Shown here: in pieces, positions 1-13,304 of the stretch
Layout: each line of letters starts with the position of its first letter
Numbering within the stretch: the stretch's first letter is position 1
NCBI GenBank assembly: GCA_037447605.1
Contig: CM074814.1
Coordinates: 620,001 to 684,000, forward strand
Origin: Zygnema circumcarinatum SAG 698-1b
Taxonomy: Eukaryota; Plantae; Zygnematophyceae
Direction of reading: 5' to 3'
DNA: 64,000 nt
Translations under genes and position numbers: made by a program
The notes under the pieces: generated by a model
Told to the model about the DNA's origin: nothing
What the model saw: the letters and a program-made list of their open reading frames with translations, nothing else
Databases searched by the model: none

Positions 1-306
1 TTCTTCTGGTTTCATCAGCTATACCCTTCTTGTCCAGGTGAGCGGCATGCTAAAACGAATTGCCAGAACTTCGTTTGCTTAAACACAATGCACATCCCAA
101 AGCCGAACTCTCTGAACTGAGCAAAACAAAACTCGCTGCACATGTTACATGCATTAGCATGTTGTAGGATATTTCTCACTCCTCTGCCACTGTAAAAGCT
201 CCCATTTTCACAAATTAGAGTAACTCCACATAGCTCTACAGGCTTCCGAATCTTCCAGTGGAGTGTCTTTCGCCGTTACAACTCATCAACGCTGACTACA
301 CCCTCT

Positions 307-370
<64 letters not shown>

Positions 371-3244
371 CCTCCCTCCCTCCCTCTCTCTCACGGATGC
401 CCCTATCGCAGGTTTCTTTCGAAGCTGCTGACGGTCGACCTTCCTCGCCTGCTTGTGCTCCCTCGCCACATAACCTTCGACTTTCTTCCAAGCGGAGAAG
501 ACCCGAAGCAGCTAAGTCCTGGAAACGCAGTGTTGGACCTTCTTACAACGGAAACACTGAGCGGACTCGCCACACAAAGTGAACCAAGCGAACACTTTGT
601 GGGAGAGCTCACTGTCACTTTATGTGAGGCACGAAATCTGCCGACGTGGAATCTGACAGGTGTGTGGAAAACGAGAACATCTTGGAAAAGTCGTAGAGTT
701 CTGAAAACTCACTTACATTTACAAACCCTAAACCTACCCTAGTTTCCAAGCCTAACTGCAAATGAAAAATCCTGGTGGTTCTATGGACTGATTTCTGGGA
801 TGTGTTCATGTGTTTTCTATCCATCCATTGTAATGTTCTTCTTAATTGGCTTTTATTGGCAGGTTGGAGCAACCCGTACTGTGCATTGTCACTTGGAGAG
901 CTCACGCAGGAGAGTAAACGCAACAGAGAGACTTCTCACCCAGCAGGTTCGAGGGATCCTGTATGGAATCAGGTAAACTGCATAGCAACTAAAAACTGAG
1001 TGCTATATGTTTAAAGCAGGAATTTGTCGTGCGGCCCCTTAAATGCATGTATTCCTTCAGACTTAAATGCATGTATTCCTTTAGACTAAGTTTGATGTTT
1101 TCACTGCTTTCAGGAGTTTATGATGTCAATTAACCATTGTTATTGGAAATCATAGGAGGTTTGTGTTCTAATGACTTGTATTGAAATGCAACCTATCATT
1201 TGATGCTCGTGGTTTCTTTCTCAAAAAACGGCAAAGTAAACTTTGGGCATGTCGCCTCTTCTTTGCTGCAGGATTTTCATTTCTGGGTGGAAGATCCTGT
1301 CCGGCAAAAGCTGACTGTGCACGTGCGCGATTCCAGCATCACTCTGAACCCTAATATTGGGTTCATTCAGGTGAGAACTTCTATTAAAAATTTGAAGTGA
1401 ACTCCTAGGGAAGGGCTTCTTGATAGGACAGAAGTGTACTTTTTCACCAAAGTTTTTCCCTCTAAAGTCAGTATTTGTTCCTTTCATCGACGTTCGATCA
1501 ACTGAACCTGACTCAATGATCTCTGTAGCTGTTGTGGCAAAAGTTTCAATGTTCAATTATCTGAAAGATTGTTTGTTTTGTTTCTTTGTCCGGTTGAACT
1601 CTGCAGATCCCTGTTTGGCAATTACAGGACTGCGTTCCGCTCAGTATATGGTGTCCCCTTATGCAGAATGGGCCCTTTGGAGTGAAACAAGTACAGGGAG
1701 AGCTGCGTCTGCTGCTCACATACAAGTCCTATGTCGATAGAGAGAATGATCTTGATCAGGCTATAACCCCCCCTGTGTCGTACATCAAAGTGTTCTCAGA
1801 TGATGGGGAAAGCGATTCGGAGAAGGATAAGGTCGATGTAGACTCTGACAGTGACAGCGAGAAGATGAGGCGATTGAGGATGGAAGATGACAGTGAACTC
1901 AGTAGCTCAGATGGAGAAAGTCATGAGCAAAAATGGCAGGAAAAGATGAAGCGGTATATGGAGGGAGTTGGTAGTGAGGGAGAATCAACAGTTGTTGGGG
2001 GCCCTGCAGAGTGGGAAAATGCAGTTGCAGGTGCAGAAGTTGGAGTGCAGACGACTTCTGCAGGTGATGTGAGTGTGCATTTTGAAAAGGAAGTAGGAGA
2101 GAAGTTGCAACAGGGTGGGGACACTACTGAAGGAGAGAAGGGAGATTGGAAGGCGAAGGTGGTAGGGAAAACGGTAGAGGTGACGGTAGTGACTGGGAAA
2201 TGGATAGCAGGCACAGCTGTGGACCTGTGGGGAAAGTTGAGAAAACCACGTGACTCGGAAGAAGCTAAAGATACATCAGGTAATGGAGCTGCATTGGAGA
2301 GAGAGAGTGGAGCTGCGAGAGCAATGGAGCCTAGAGAAGGTGGAGGAGCTGCTATCTTAGAGGGAGACGAACATGAAGAGTCTTCCGGACCTCTTGCTAA
2401 AATAGGGTCCCTTCTTTCCAGGGCCATTGATGCCATCCCAAGACTCCGTAAAGAGAAGGGGGATGAAAGTAAGGGTGAGGAATCTGAGGAGGAGAAAGAG
2501 GGAATTGACGATGTTAAGCTGTCATTGAAAGGAAGTGAGCCTTCGTTACCAGACCAGTTGAATGGGCAAGCGGGAAATCGTTTGCAGAGTCACGAGTATA
2601 GGATAGGAAACCGTGAGTGGTGGGAGTATACCTCTGCGGAGGAGAAGGAGAGGATGTTGGAGGAAGCTGGTGGTTGGCTGAGGTCTGCAGCGGGAGAGCC
2701 TATTCGAATCGAACTTGTGCCTGCTGATGATCGTGATGAGGTTCACGATATAAATGGTGTGAGAAACGAGAATTTAGAAAAGGGGAGGGAGGGCATAGTT
2801 GATGAACCCATTCATCATGGACAGGACTTGCCTTGGGAGAAGGTTGAAGTGAAGGATGAATCTTCGCCGCCTTCTAAGCAGAGTTTGGAATATCTCAGGC
2901 TTCAAGATCTCCCATTGTATGGACCTGCTGCTACTGGACGGCCGGGAGTCACCGGGTCAAAGTCTCGGAATCCTGACCACGAGCGGGTCAACGGAGTCAA
3001 CGTGGTCAATGGGGTCAATGGGGTCAATGGGGTCAACGGGGTGAATGGGGGAAACGGACATGCTGGACCGGATAGCAATGGGCATGTGAAAGGAAGGGGG
3101 TGGGGCGGAGGGGGGCGAAGGGGAGGTGTAGATGAAGAGGGAGAGAGCGGGGAGGATAATGTATGGACCATAGAAGTTGCCCGAGATGGGGCCCTAAACA
3201 GCGCTATCTCCGAACTGGTGGAGCTGTTTGATAGACGGCGGTAG
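1..3244 (+). CDS. NTMC2T5-like SMP + C2 domain protein (synaptotagmin/tricalbin-like), 5'-partial, spliced
   Basis: GT-AG exons 1-38, 412-659, 863-972, 1272-1370, 1607-3244 join in frame: ..SAIPFLSRFLSKLLTVDLPRLLVLP..FVGELTVTLCEARNL..NPYCALSLGE..PVWNQDFHFWVEDP..GELRLLLTYKSYV. This matches the end of the SMP domain and the C2 domain of plant NTMC2T5. A long acidic tail follows. Confidence 0.85.
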
Positions 3245-4349
3245 GTCTGCAGAGGCTTAAGGAATCCATTGAGATTGGAGGTGTGAGTTTTCCTTTTTTG
3301 TGCTGCTTGAAGCAGTGTGTGAATTTGTTGATTTGTTTCGGGAGTTGTGAATAAGGGGGCGAGGCTGTGTCAGAGCAAGATGAGGGAGCAGGTTTGTAAG
3401 ATGAGAGGGCCGGTTTGTAAAGGATTTGTGTGCAGCCAACAGTGTGGAGGACAGGCTTGTAGTTAGAAGTGGCTCTCATTATGTTTCTTGTGACAACTTA
3501 CGTGGAATTCGTCAATGGAAGTTGGAAATTCCTGAGCATTTGTGGTTCATGTCTTGTATTTTTTCTCCAATAAAGTAAACGAGCTATTTTGCCTCCGCCT
3601 GTGGGGAGTCTGGGTCTGCTTGGGTTTGATATGCCTCGCTTTTCCTTGAACGAAAATCGGTCTCTTCTTCTGTAACTTCAACGAGTTCCGAGCTTGGTTT
3701 GCCGTTTTTTTAGAAGCACGCCTAAGGCTTGACATTTACTAGCTGCGAACTTGCACTTTTTGCGAATTGGGTTGTGTATAATGCCCACCGTTTCAAAACG
3801 TTGCTAACCCAGCACCAGCGTGAGATGTGACAAAACAGATCGTCCACGTCACAACGTGGAAACCAGTTTGCTAAAAATTCGCAAGACAAAAAAATTGCCG
3901 CAGTTTCTGGTTTGCAGTTTACGGCCCGGTGCAGGTCGCGCTTGACCGTTTTTCTCGTGCGCGTTTCGTTTTCCAAGGTCTCCGGTTCAATCCCTGACAA
4001 CGCTAAGCTTTTGGCATTAGCCAAAAGCCAAACAAACAAACAAACTCATCATGATGGAAAACCACGAGGAACTGGGCGCAAAGGACCTACGCACTAAAGA
4101 GAAAAGCTAGGAGCGGAAAACTACGCCTAGGCGTAACAGCGCGAGGATGTGAGGATGTGTTTCTGGTGAAAGGCCGTTAAAAAGCCGTTAAAAAGCCGTT
4201 ACGGCAGTTGGGATCTTGAGAGAGGCGGATGTGGCACCGATCTCGTGATCCCCAACATGATCGCTTCCCCAAGAGAATGTTCATTTGATGGCCTTGCCAT
4301 CGTGAGATCAATGCCACATCTTTTTTTTTTCCTTTGAAATTGGAGATTT

Positions 4350-4610
4350 GTATGACGTCAGCTAACATCAGGTTGATGGACATGAAATGCACTTGGCGAT
4401 TTTCCACTAACAAACTGCAAACCGGACATGTGTCACGTCATCTAACATCAAGCCTAAGGACTTCTGGCGATTCGCCACCAAAAACTGGACGTTGCATTTT
4501 ATGACGTTATTGAACCATCGAGTTCAAGGACTTGTGGCGATTCTCTACCACCAAGCCCGTAGACGTTCCATTTATATGACGTCATCTAACATCGGGCCTA
4601 AGAACTTCAA
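4350..4610. repeat. Degenerate tandem repeat (3-4 units of about 65-75 bp) containing TGACGTCA-like cores, upstream of CASP
   Basis: Recurring (t)gacgtcatctaacatc...aaggactt.tggcgatt...cca at about 4354, 4433, 4500 and 4577. Confidence 0.55.
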
Positions 4611-4780
4611 TTTCTGACGCGCTCCTCGCCCTGAGCCTGGCGTTCCTCAAGCTTAGAAAGACAAGCTGTCGCCTTTTCTCCTCTCCTATACCTTCCAGCT
4701 CTCCCTCTACTCTCCTACCCTTCTTTTTCCTCTACCTCTTCCTTTCCTGCCTCTCCCTCTCTCCCTCACTGCCCCTATCC

Positions 4781-7700
4781 ATGGATGGCCTCTTCAGCAA
4801 GGCCCTGGACGTGCTGGAGCCCCTCCAGTCCAAGGTCTCCAGCGCCCTCGACTCGACCCTGAACGAGTATCCTAAGCCCACCGATGAATCCCTCCCACAC
4901 TCCCACTCCCACTCCCACTCCCTCCCTTCTCCCTCCGCTCCCTCCCGCATGAACCCTAGCGACGATTATGGGCTGTCTCCCGCTGCATTGGAGGGCGCCC
5001 GCCGCGTGCTTGGGTACTGGGAGGAGCTTGAGCTGGAAGGGAAGAAGGAGGGGTGGGATCAGCAGAGCTTAGGAATCTCGCAGTTGCAGGATGTGAGCAT
5101 GAAGAACAGGAAAACTTTAGCAGATCTCACAAAGGCGTTCAAGTCGGGAGATAAGAAGGACGTGTCGTCTCTGCTCAAAGCGTATCAGGTGAGGATTTTA
5201 GGGTGAGGGATGAGACTAAGAGTTACGGCTAGAGTGAGGGTTAAGTTTAAGCCTCTCCATCTCTCTCTCTCTCTCTCTTTCCCCCTCTGCTTTTTTCCTC
5301 TAGTCCTGTGGTGCTTTTCAATAAAGCACACTCTTAACGCCACTTTGACCCTTCTTCTCATTGCTTTACATGGATTGATTGACACCGTTTTCGTTTACTT
5401 TCCTTGCAGGGGGAAATAGACTCGCTGACTAAGAGAGCTAAACATGCTGAAGGCGCCTACTTGAGCATGTATCAACTGATGTACGATGCTCCAGATGTGG
5501 TCCCTTCTCTCCGTGCACTCGTAAATGTGGCGGAACGTGTTTCTGCTGTAGAGCAGGAGTCGCGACGCTGTCGCCAGGAGCTTGAGGTATGTTTGGGCTA
5601 TACGCTTAATTTTTCGAACCTTAACTCTCGAAACCTAATACTATTGAACTCAGTCTCAACCCTTAAGTTCGGACACTACGTTTGAGCCCTATTGGAACGT
5701 TCCTGTCAAAGACATGACCATCCCACTGACCAGCCAAAAGACGACTACCCACGTAGGTATTTGCGTATTCATTATACCTGTGTCATTTGTATCAATGGCA
5801 TGATATTATTACACGATTCCGTCAGATTAGTGCATTTTATCACACGCCATGTTGTTAAGATGCCTTCAAGTTCTCTCACTTATGCAGCCGATCAGGGAGA
5901 CTATGTGGGCCCCAGGTCCTGGAACACGTCGTTATTTTCGCTATATTGAGAGAGAAAATTTATTTTTGGATGTGAGCAGATGCTCAAGAGGGAGGCAACT
6001 GCAGCAAAGTCTATGGTATCCACATTAAGGCGGTTAGAGGAGCGGAATGCGGAACTGGTGAGTGTATGGAAACTTGATACTGGGATGCAAGTCTCCTCTG
6101 TGGTTACTATCACCTTCCTGTTAAGTTTTGTCCATAACTATTACCTTGGATTTACCTCATCCGACCTTTTCCTAGAGTGGGATTTAGTTCTTGGCTGTTT
6201 TTCCACTTTCACACTTACAGGACGTCGAGGAGAGAATAAAGCGTTGCTCTTGTGACTGACGAAGAGTACTCTTACGGTTAAGCCTTTTATAGAAGTAGAA
6301 GGCAAGGGAAGAAGAGATACGGGGGACGAGAGGGGGACAAGAGATGTGGGTACAGTGGGGAGGAGAGAGAGAGAGAGGGGTGTTGAGAGGAAGGGGGGAT
6401 GGGGAGGAGCAACCTAGGTGACGAGCCAACTTGCACTAATTTGGTTTGCTTTGGCAGGAAGAAGCCATGGATGCCAAAGTGGCGGCCATTGTGGAGCAAA
6501 AGCAGAAGGAGGTGGAGGTGGACCTGCAGGTTGCACAGGAGAGGGAGACAGCACTCCTAGAAACTTTGGAGGAAACTCGTGAAACGTTGGCTGCTTTACA
6601 GGTAGAATTGTGTGTTTTATACCCAAACAAACCACGGAAAACCACTCAAGACATCCAATTAAAGGGAAAAAAACTGAATCAGCGCATCCGTTTCATTTCA
6701 CCTTTTCCTCGCTATTTTCTGTGCTTGTGTTTCTTTTCCTTTTTCTTGACGATCTCTCCTCTCTAACATCTTTTCTGTTCATCTAATTCTCTCTCTGCTC
6801 ACGTCGGCTCTACCCTCTCTTCTCCTGTTTCCTATTCCCTTACTCCTGTTTCCGTCGTCTTTTTTTCTCTCGTCCTTCTCTCTCTGCCCACTCTGCTTCC
6901 CTTCCCCAGCTTTTTCTCTCCTCCCCTCTCACCACCCAACCTCCTCCAGGACCTGCATGTGCTAAACGAGCTCTGTACGACTTCAATTTTGTTATTTCTG
7001 TATTTCCTCTTTATGTATTGACTTTATCGAATGGAGGGGCTGAGGGCAGAGGCAGCATGACAAGGCTCAAACATCTCTATTTGAAATGCGTACAAAAATG
7101 GAAGAGGAGAGGGCTTCAAAGCAGCACGAGCTTGAAGCTGCTAGTGAGGAAATTGAGCGGGCACAGGTGTAATTTCCTCACCATTTCTTGCAAAATTCAA
7201 GTCTTACAAATTTGTTCGGTTTTTTCGTTCTTTATTCTCCTTGAACTGGGGTACTTCTCTGACTAAAAAGGTAGAATGTTTCCTGCGAAGTTGAATAACA
7301 TTATGCATTGACTTAGTTAGAAAAAGAGGAGGAAACACGAGAGAGGGGTATAGAGGTGGAGAGGAAGACCTATGGGAATTGGCTATCATGGCAATAAATC
7401 AGCATAATAAGTTACGAAGCTGGATAATTCCGTGGTTAAATAAGTCTTCGAGAACATCGGATTCCCGGGTCTTAAACTCACGTTGTTGCAGATCTTATAG
7501 ATCAGATCAGATCAGATCTTATCTTATCTTATCTTATCTTATCTGATCTTTCTTATTGAGAAGCACTGAAATCCTAAGCCTTGGAAACTTGGAATCCGGA
7601 AAAAAGTGGTTTTATTGAAAGCCATGGCTGCTTGAACTGCTGCAGGACCGAGTACGGAGCTTGGAACTGGTTCACATGGAAATGACAGCTGAGCTGGAAA

Positions 7701-10547
7701 GGCTGAGAGTGGGGGTCTTTGAAGAAGGAGAGGCAGCCCAGCAGCAGTCATTCCATGAGTTGGAGAACAGCTTGCAGTTAAAGGAGAAGCTGATCAGCAC
7801 GTTACATGATCAGATTCAGCAGTTGGAGGCTTCATTTACGGTATGGCTTCATCTAATGTAAGGTGTTAGTGGGTTTAGTGGATCGAATTTTGTCAAGTTT
7901 TAATTGCCTTTCATGAAGTTGATTGGATTCCAGTCGACCTCAACTGATTGTCAGGAAGTTCTCCACCTGCCCCTCCCTCCTCCCTCCTCCCTCCTCCCTC
8001 CTCCCTCCTCCCTCCTCCCTCCTCCCTCCCCCTCCTTACCCCATTCTTTGCCGAAAGGATGGCGAGAGCGAAGAAGAGAGTGTAACACGGGCTGTGTTGG
8101 ATGCAGACGGAGAGAGAGAAGCAGCAGAGAGTGGTAGGGGAGTTGGAGGAGAGGCTGCAAGAGCAGGAAGAGAAGGTGGAGGCCTTTAAGATGGAGCTTG
8201 CAGTGAGACCAACTGTGGAGCAAATGGAGGAGCTTCGGAAACAAAGTCGAGTTCTGCAGGTGTGAACACCAAACTTTTGTCTTGTTCCTTCGTCGTTGAG
8301 TTTTCGGACCTTCAGAACTTCCAGATTACTGAACTGTTTATTGAAACTTCGCACCTACGACGTCATGTATGACTAAGGAAAACTGAGATACTTTCGCATT
8401 AAGAAAGAAAGGGGGATACAAAACGGAGAAGAAAGGAAAGGAGAGTGTTTGAGTAGGTAAGATTGATGCAATAATAATAGATGGTTGAAGTGGGGGTTAT
8501 TGCAGGAGCTGATCGGTTCAGAGGTGGACGAGTGGGACAAGGTAGAGGGGTTCAGCGAACTTGAGGATGATAGTGAGACTGCCAAAGTACAGAGAGCGCT
8601 GAGGGAGACAAACCGGAAGCTGACGACGGAGCTGACGTCAGCAAAAATAGCGCTTGCTGAAAAGCAGAATGAAGCAGAGGGAGCGATGCAGCGAATCGCA
8701 ATTTTGGAGGAACACGCGGCGCAGTTACAGGCACTGGTGGCGAGGTTGGAGGAGGATATTATGAAGGTGAGAGAGAGAGAGAGAGAGGGGTGGAGGGGGA
8801 GAGGGAGAGGGTGTGGAAGGAAGAAGGGAGTGGAAACAGCAGTGGGAGGGAGAGCAAAGCGTGAATGTGAAGGGTGGAGAAAGTGGATGGAGGAGGGAGA
8901 GGGAGGAGGAGCAGAAGTAGGAGAAGGAAGTCAAAGACACAGTGGGAAGATGAGAGAGAGAGAATTGGGGAAAGGATGTGCCGGTAGGCAAGGGAGTTTA
9001 GAGAAGTAGGGAGTGGAAAATATGTATATTTGTAGCAGCAGCGAAATCATAAAGTTGATGCTGAATGTCAAAGTTTTGTGTGTTTACTCATATTCAGGGA
9101 AGTGAGATGCAATCGAAAAGAGATGGGTGGAACGATGGGAGTGCTGCCGCCATGACTGGGCTGCTCAGTGATTCGACAGAAGAAGCCCCCCCTCCTTCAG
9201 GCAGCAAAGCGGTCGTTCCCGCAGAGGGAACAATGCTCGAAATTGTGTGCGGGCAGAGAGAGAGGTTTCGGCGCAGAGTGAAGGAGCTGGAGGGAGAGAA
9301 CGGAGCGTTGCAGGACACTCTCGGTACAATCTCAAACCCTAAACTTCTGGACTGGTTAAACCCCATGCTTTCATGTTGTAAACCTCTGCAAAGAAGGTTC
9401 AGAAATGTCTCCAATGAACCCACAAACTGAGAGACTTGCCTTTGCTTTTCCTTGCACTTCATGGTTCAGGTAGAAGTGCAGCGGAAATCCAACGGCTAAA
9501 GAACGACAATGTGAGTCTCTATGAGAAGATAAAGTACTTGGAACAATACAACCGGCAGGGAGTGATGCGGAGAGTGGGAGGCAGTCAGAACAGTGGAGAT
9601 GTGGTTGTGTTTGGAGGAGGGGGAGGGGGGAGAGGGGCGAGATATGCTTGCTTTGGGGTGGGAGAGCCGGGGAGTGGACTGGAGGTGGTGATGGGGCAGG
9701 AGAGCAGCCACCTCTCCTCATTAGGAGGAGGAGGAGGAGGAAATGCAGAAATGCGGTACAGAAAATTGTATGAGGATCGCATAAATCCGTTCAACGAGTT
9801 CCATGAGAGGGAGCGGGAGAGGAGCTACCGCGACCTGCGGCTGCATGACAAGGTGGGAGGGAGGGAGGGGGAAGGAGGGAGGGAGGGGGAAGGAGGGAGG
9901 GAGGGGGAAAACGGGGGGAGAGGGGAAACGGAGGAGGGAGGGAAGGGAGGGAGGGAGGGAGGGAGGAGGTCCATTTGTCGGATAGAAGGGACTCGTTAAG
10001 AAGGTGCTTGGGGAGGGAGGGTGGGAGGGAGAGTGAGAAAGTAGAGGAACGGAGAGAAGGGATGAATGAGGTCTATTCGTCGTTAAAAACAAGCTTGTTA
10101 TGCTATTGCGACGGACTTCCCTTTCTGCTCACGTCTCCCTTCATCCTCGCCAGTGAATGTTTCTCTCTCCCTTTTGTATCCCGAACTATTCAATCCATTC
10201 ATGGATTGTGATTTCCTTTATCTCTGCAGATTACATTGACAGGGGGGAGATTCCTGCTCTCCAACAAGTACGGCCGAGTCTTTGTGTTCGTGTACACAAT
10301 CATCCTCCACCTGTTCATCTTCTTCATGTTGTACCGGCTCTCTCACCCGCGGACAGTTGTCATCCAGCCCGTGGGAGTGGGAGGGAGAGGAGTGCCGGCC
10401 GTCAGCCTGAATGAGACTGCGAATGTTGCCGCCCTCGCCAACATGAACAGCACAAGGACCCTCTCCGACACAATAGCGGAGAAGGTGGGAACGCTCATGG
10501 AGGCGACAAGAGGGATGACCAATCAGCGGAGGAGGAGGAGGAGGTAG
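4781..10547 (+). CDS. CASP: Golgin CASP (CUX1 alternative product / Coy1 homolog), about 11 exons
   Basis: Exons about 4781-5188, 5410-5586, 5980-6057, 6458-6601, 7049-7166, 7646-7840, 8107-8259, 8507-8766, 9097-9325, 9470-9852, 10230-10547. Motifs: LLKAYQGEIDSLTKRAKHAEGAYLSMYQ; coiled coil; DNVSLYEKIKYL; YEDRINPFNEF; C-terminal TM helix FVFVYTIILHLFIFFMLY with the conserved Tyr/His of golgin TM domains. Confidence 0.9.
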
Positions 10548-11675
10548 TAGTGGTTGGGGGGGGGGGTTCAGCGCAGAGGGGGACAGGGGGGAGGGAGGGA
10601 GGGAGGGAGGGAGGGAGGGAGGGAGTGAGGGTGTGGGAGGGAGAGGAGAGGGGAAGGAGAAGAGGGTGTGAAAAGGAGGGGGAGAGAGGAGAAGAGAGAG
10701 TAGGGTGTGAGAGAGAGGTGCGGGAGGAAGGAGTGGGAGAGGGGAGGAAAGGGAGGGTGTAAGCGGGAGGAGGGTGGAAAGAGGCGAGGTAGAGGGAGAG
10801 AGGGAAACGAGGGGTCTATGACGACGATGGATAGGCTATGGGGGTAGGAGATGGGGGTGAACAAATTAGGTGTGAATAAGGGCGGTAGGATTTTGGGGGA
10901 CAGGTCAGGGCTTGGGTTTGGGATTTTTGTGAATGGTACGGAGGAGGAGACGGGCACTGAGTTGTTGTTTGTACTTTTATGAAAAGGGAGAGGGGGAGAG
11001 GGAGCGAAGAGCGGAGGCTCTCACAATGCGCTTCGAATTGTAATGTTTCTTGTGCAAGCGATGATGATGGGATGGATGATGGCGATGATAGGTTTTGGGA
11101 AACAGTGGGGGAAGGGCATGCATGAAGGCGGTAACGACAAATGAGTGGTCTCAGGAGCGAGGGAGGGCGCGAGACTACTTGACTACTTTCTGAAGACCTT
11201 CCTGGCGGACTGTTGGCTGACTTACTTTGGGCAACTGACTTGTTGTGGACTCGCATGACGTCGTCTATTTCGTCGTTTCATACACGCATCGCCTTGTTGT
11301 TCCGGAAAATGCCGAGACCGACAAATGTTGACACATGGAGCTGTCTGGTCATGCCATGTGGCAAATCTTACCGGCTGCCACGTGGCCCTTGTATCGGGCC
11401 TCCATGTGACAATTGCACAGCCAAACTTACGGAACGACCACGGAACTGTCAGAGATCACAATAGTAATGCACAACATAGAATACAGGGTAGTCGCGCTAT
11501 AGTGTCCATGTCGGTCCCCACTCCCCACATATTTGTGTCACTATATCGGTAATGACCCGTTTGTCATTTCACATTTATAGTGACTATGTTATTACAGATG
11601 TTTTTCCGGTATATCCGTACACCTTTGATACCGTATATTGTACCTTTTGGGCAGTCGTCACGTTGGGTAGGTGTG

Positions 11676-12442
11676 CAGTAGGACCCCGTCATATTTTCGC
11701 CGTAGATTTGGCAAATATCGGGCGAAAATATTGTATTTGACAAATATAAGGTCCGTGTTACCAATAGGCGAGCGGAATTATGTTAGAGTTCATGTATGTC
11801 CGTACGTATCGTATCGTAGTGTTTTTATAGCATATCGTACCTCATCGCATCGTATCGTTTAAATTTGAGCCCGTAACGGCTACTACAGCTCGTACGACTA
11901 GTACGGATAGTACCGTATCGGGACTTGTCATATCGTATCGACGTCAAGAAGAAGTGGAGAAGAGCGAGCGCCTCTTACGGCGGCACGTGCGGGGAGTACA
12001 GGTGAGTTTTGCGTAAGCCCGTGACGGCTAGTACAGCTAGTACGGGTAGTACGGTTAGTACGGATCGCACGGATAGTACGAATAGTACTAGCTGTACTAG
12101 CCGTCACGGGCTTAACGCAAAACTTCACCTAATCTCCCCGCACGTGCCGCCGCAAGAGGCGCTCACTCTTCTCCCCTTGTTCTTGGCTTCGATACGATAC
12201 GATACGATACGATACGATACGACACGTCCCGATACGATACTATCCGTACTAGCCGTACGAGCTGTAGTAGCCGATGCTAAACGATACAGTACGACACGGT
12301 ACGATACGATATGTACGGACATACATGAACTCTAACATAATTCCGCTCGCCTATTGGTAACACGGACCTTATATTTGCCAAAAACAATATTTTCGCCCGA
12401 TTTTTGCCAAATGTAGGTGGAAAATATGATGGGGTCCTACTG
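11676..12442. mobile_element. Non-autonomous pogo/Tc1-like foldback MITE (767 bp, nearly whole element palindromic)
   Basis: Termini CAGTAGGACCCC / GGGGTCCTACTG. Right flank is TA, left flank is TG (possibly a mutated TA TSD). About 11676-12043 is the imperfect reverse complement of about 12085-12442, with a loop of about 40 nt. Confidence 0.75.
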
Positions 12443-13304
12443 TATGTGTACGGTCAAGTTGATGTGTACGGTCAAGTCGATATCTGACGGTATTTGTCGA
12501 TAATATGTACGGTCGTAATATATTTGTAACGCATATTCCAATACGTGGGTGGATAATATCGAGAATTTGAATATGTAGTAACAATTAGGGCTTTTCAAAT
12601 GTGATTATATCTGTTTTGTCGTCACTACTGGCGCAGGATCTGCAGTGGTACAATTCCGTTCCCGCAAAAAACGTCGGTATATCCATTTTGTCATTAGGGG
12701 GAGTCAGACCTTGACCATCGCCCGCGGAATTGCAAGATTTCGACCGCGGAAAGGTATTGATTTCGATTTCCGAATTCGGATCGGAAACCACGGCTCCCCC
12801 CGAACCTGTCTGTCACGTCCGTACGGCGGAATAGGTTACAAAAATGCCCCCAAATTTCAGAATTCCGCGCTCCGAAACGGGGGGCCTCCCGAGGCCCCCC
12901 GTTTCGAAATTCCAGCTTTCCGCCGATGAGGAATCGTGCCCCGCCTTGTCGCCATGCGCGTCACGCACGTGCGAGCGTCTCTCTGCCGCCGCCCGGACGC
13001 CGCGACCCGCCGCCGCGCAGTGCTGGCAGTGCTGGCACAGGTTTAGGGTTTCGCTTCCTCCAGCACCAGCGTCCGCTTTCCGGCAACTGTGAGCACCACG
13101 GGAGAGCGGTGAGCGAAGACGCCAAGGCGACGAGGTACTCCCTCTCTATTCCCCTCTGTTGCTGTCTCCCTCGTCTCTCCCTCTCTGTTCCCCCTTTCTC
13201 TCTCTCTTGCTATCTCCCTCTATCACTCTCGCCCTGTTATCTCTCCCACATTCTCCCCGCCTGTGCCACTCTGCCCTGCCTCCCTCGGCCTGGCCCATGC
13301 CTCC

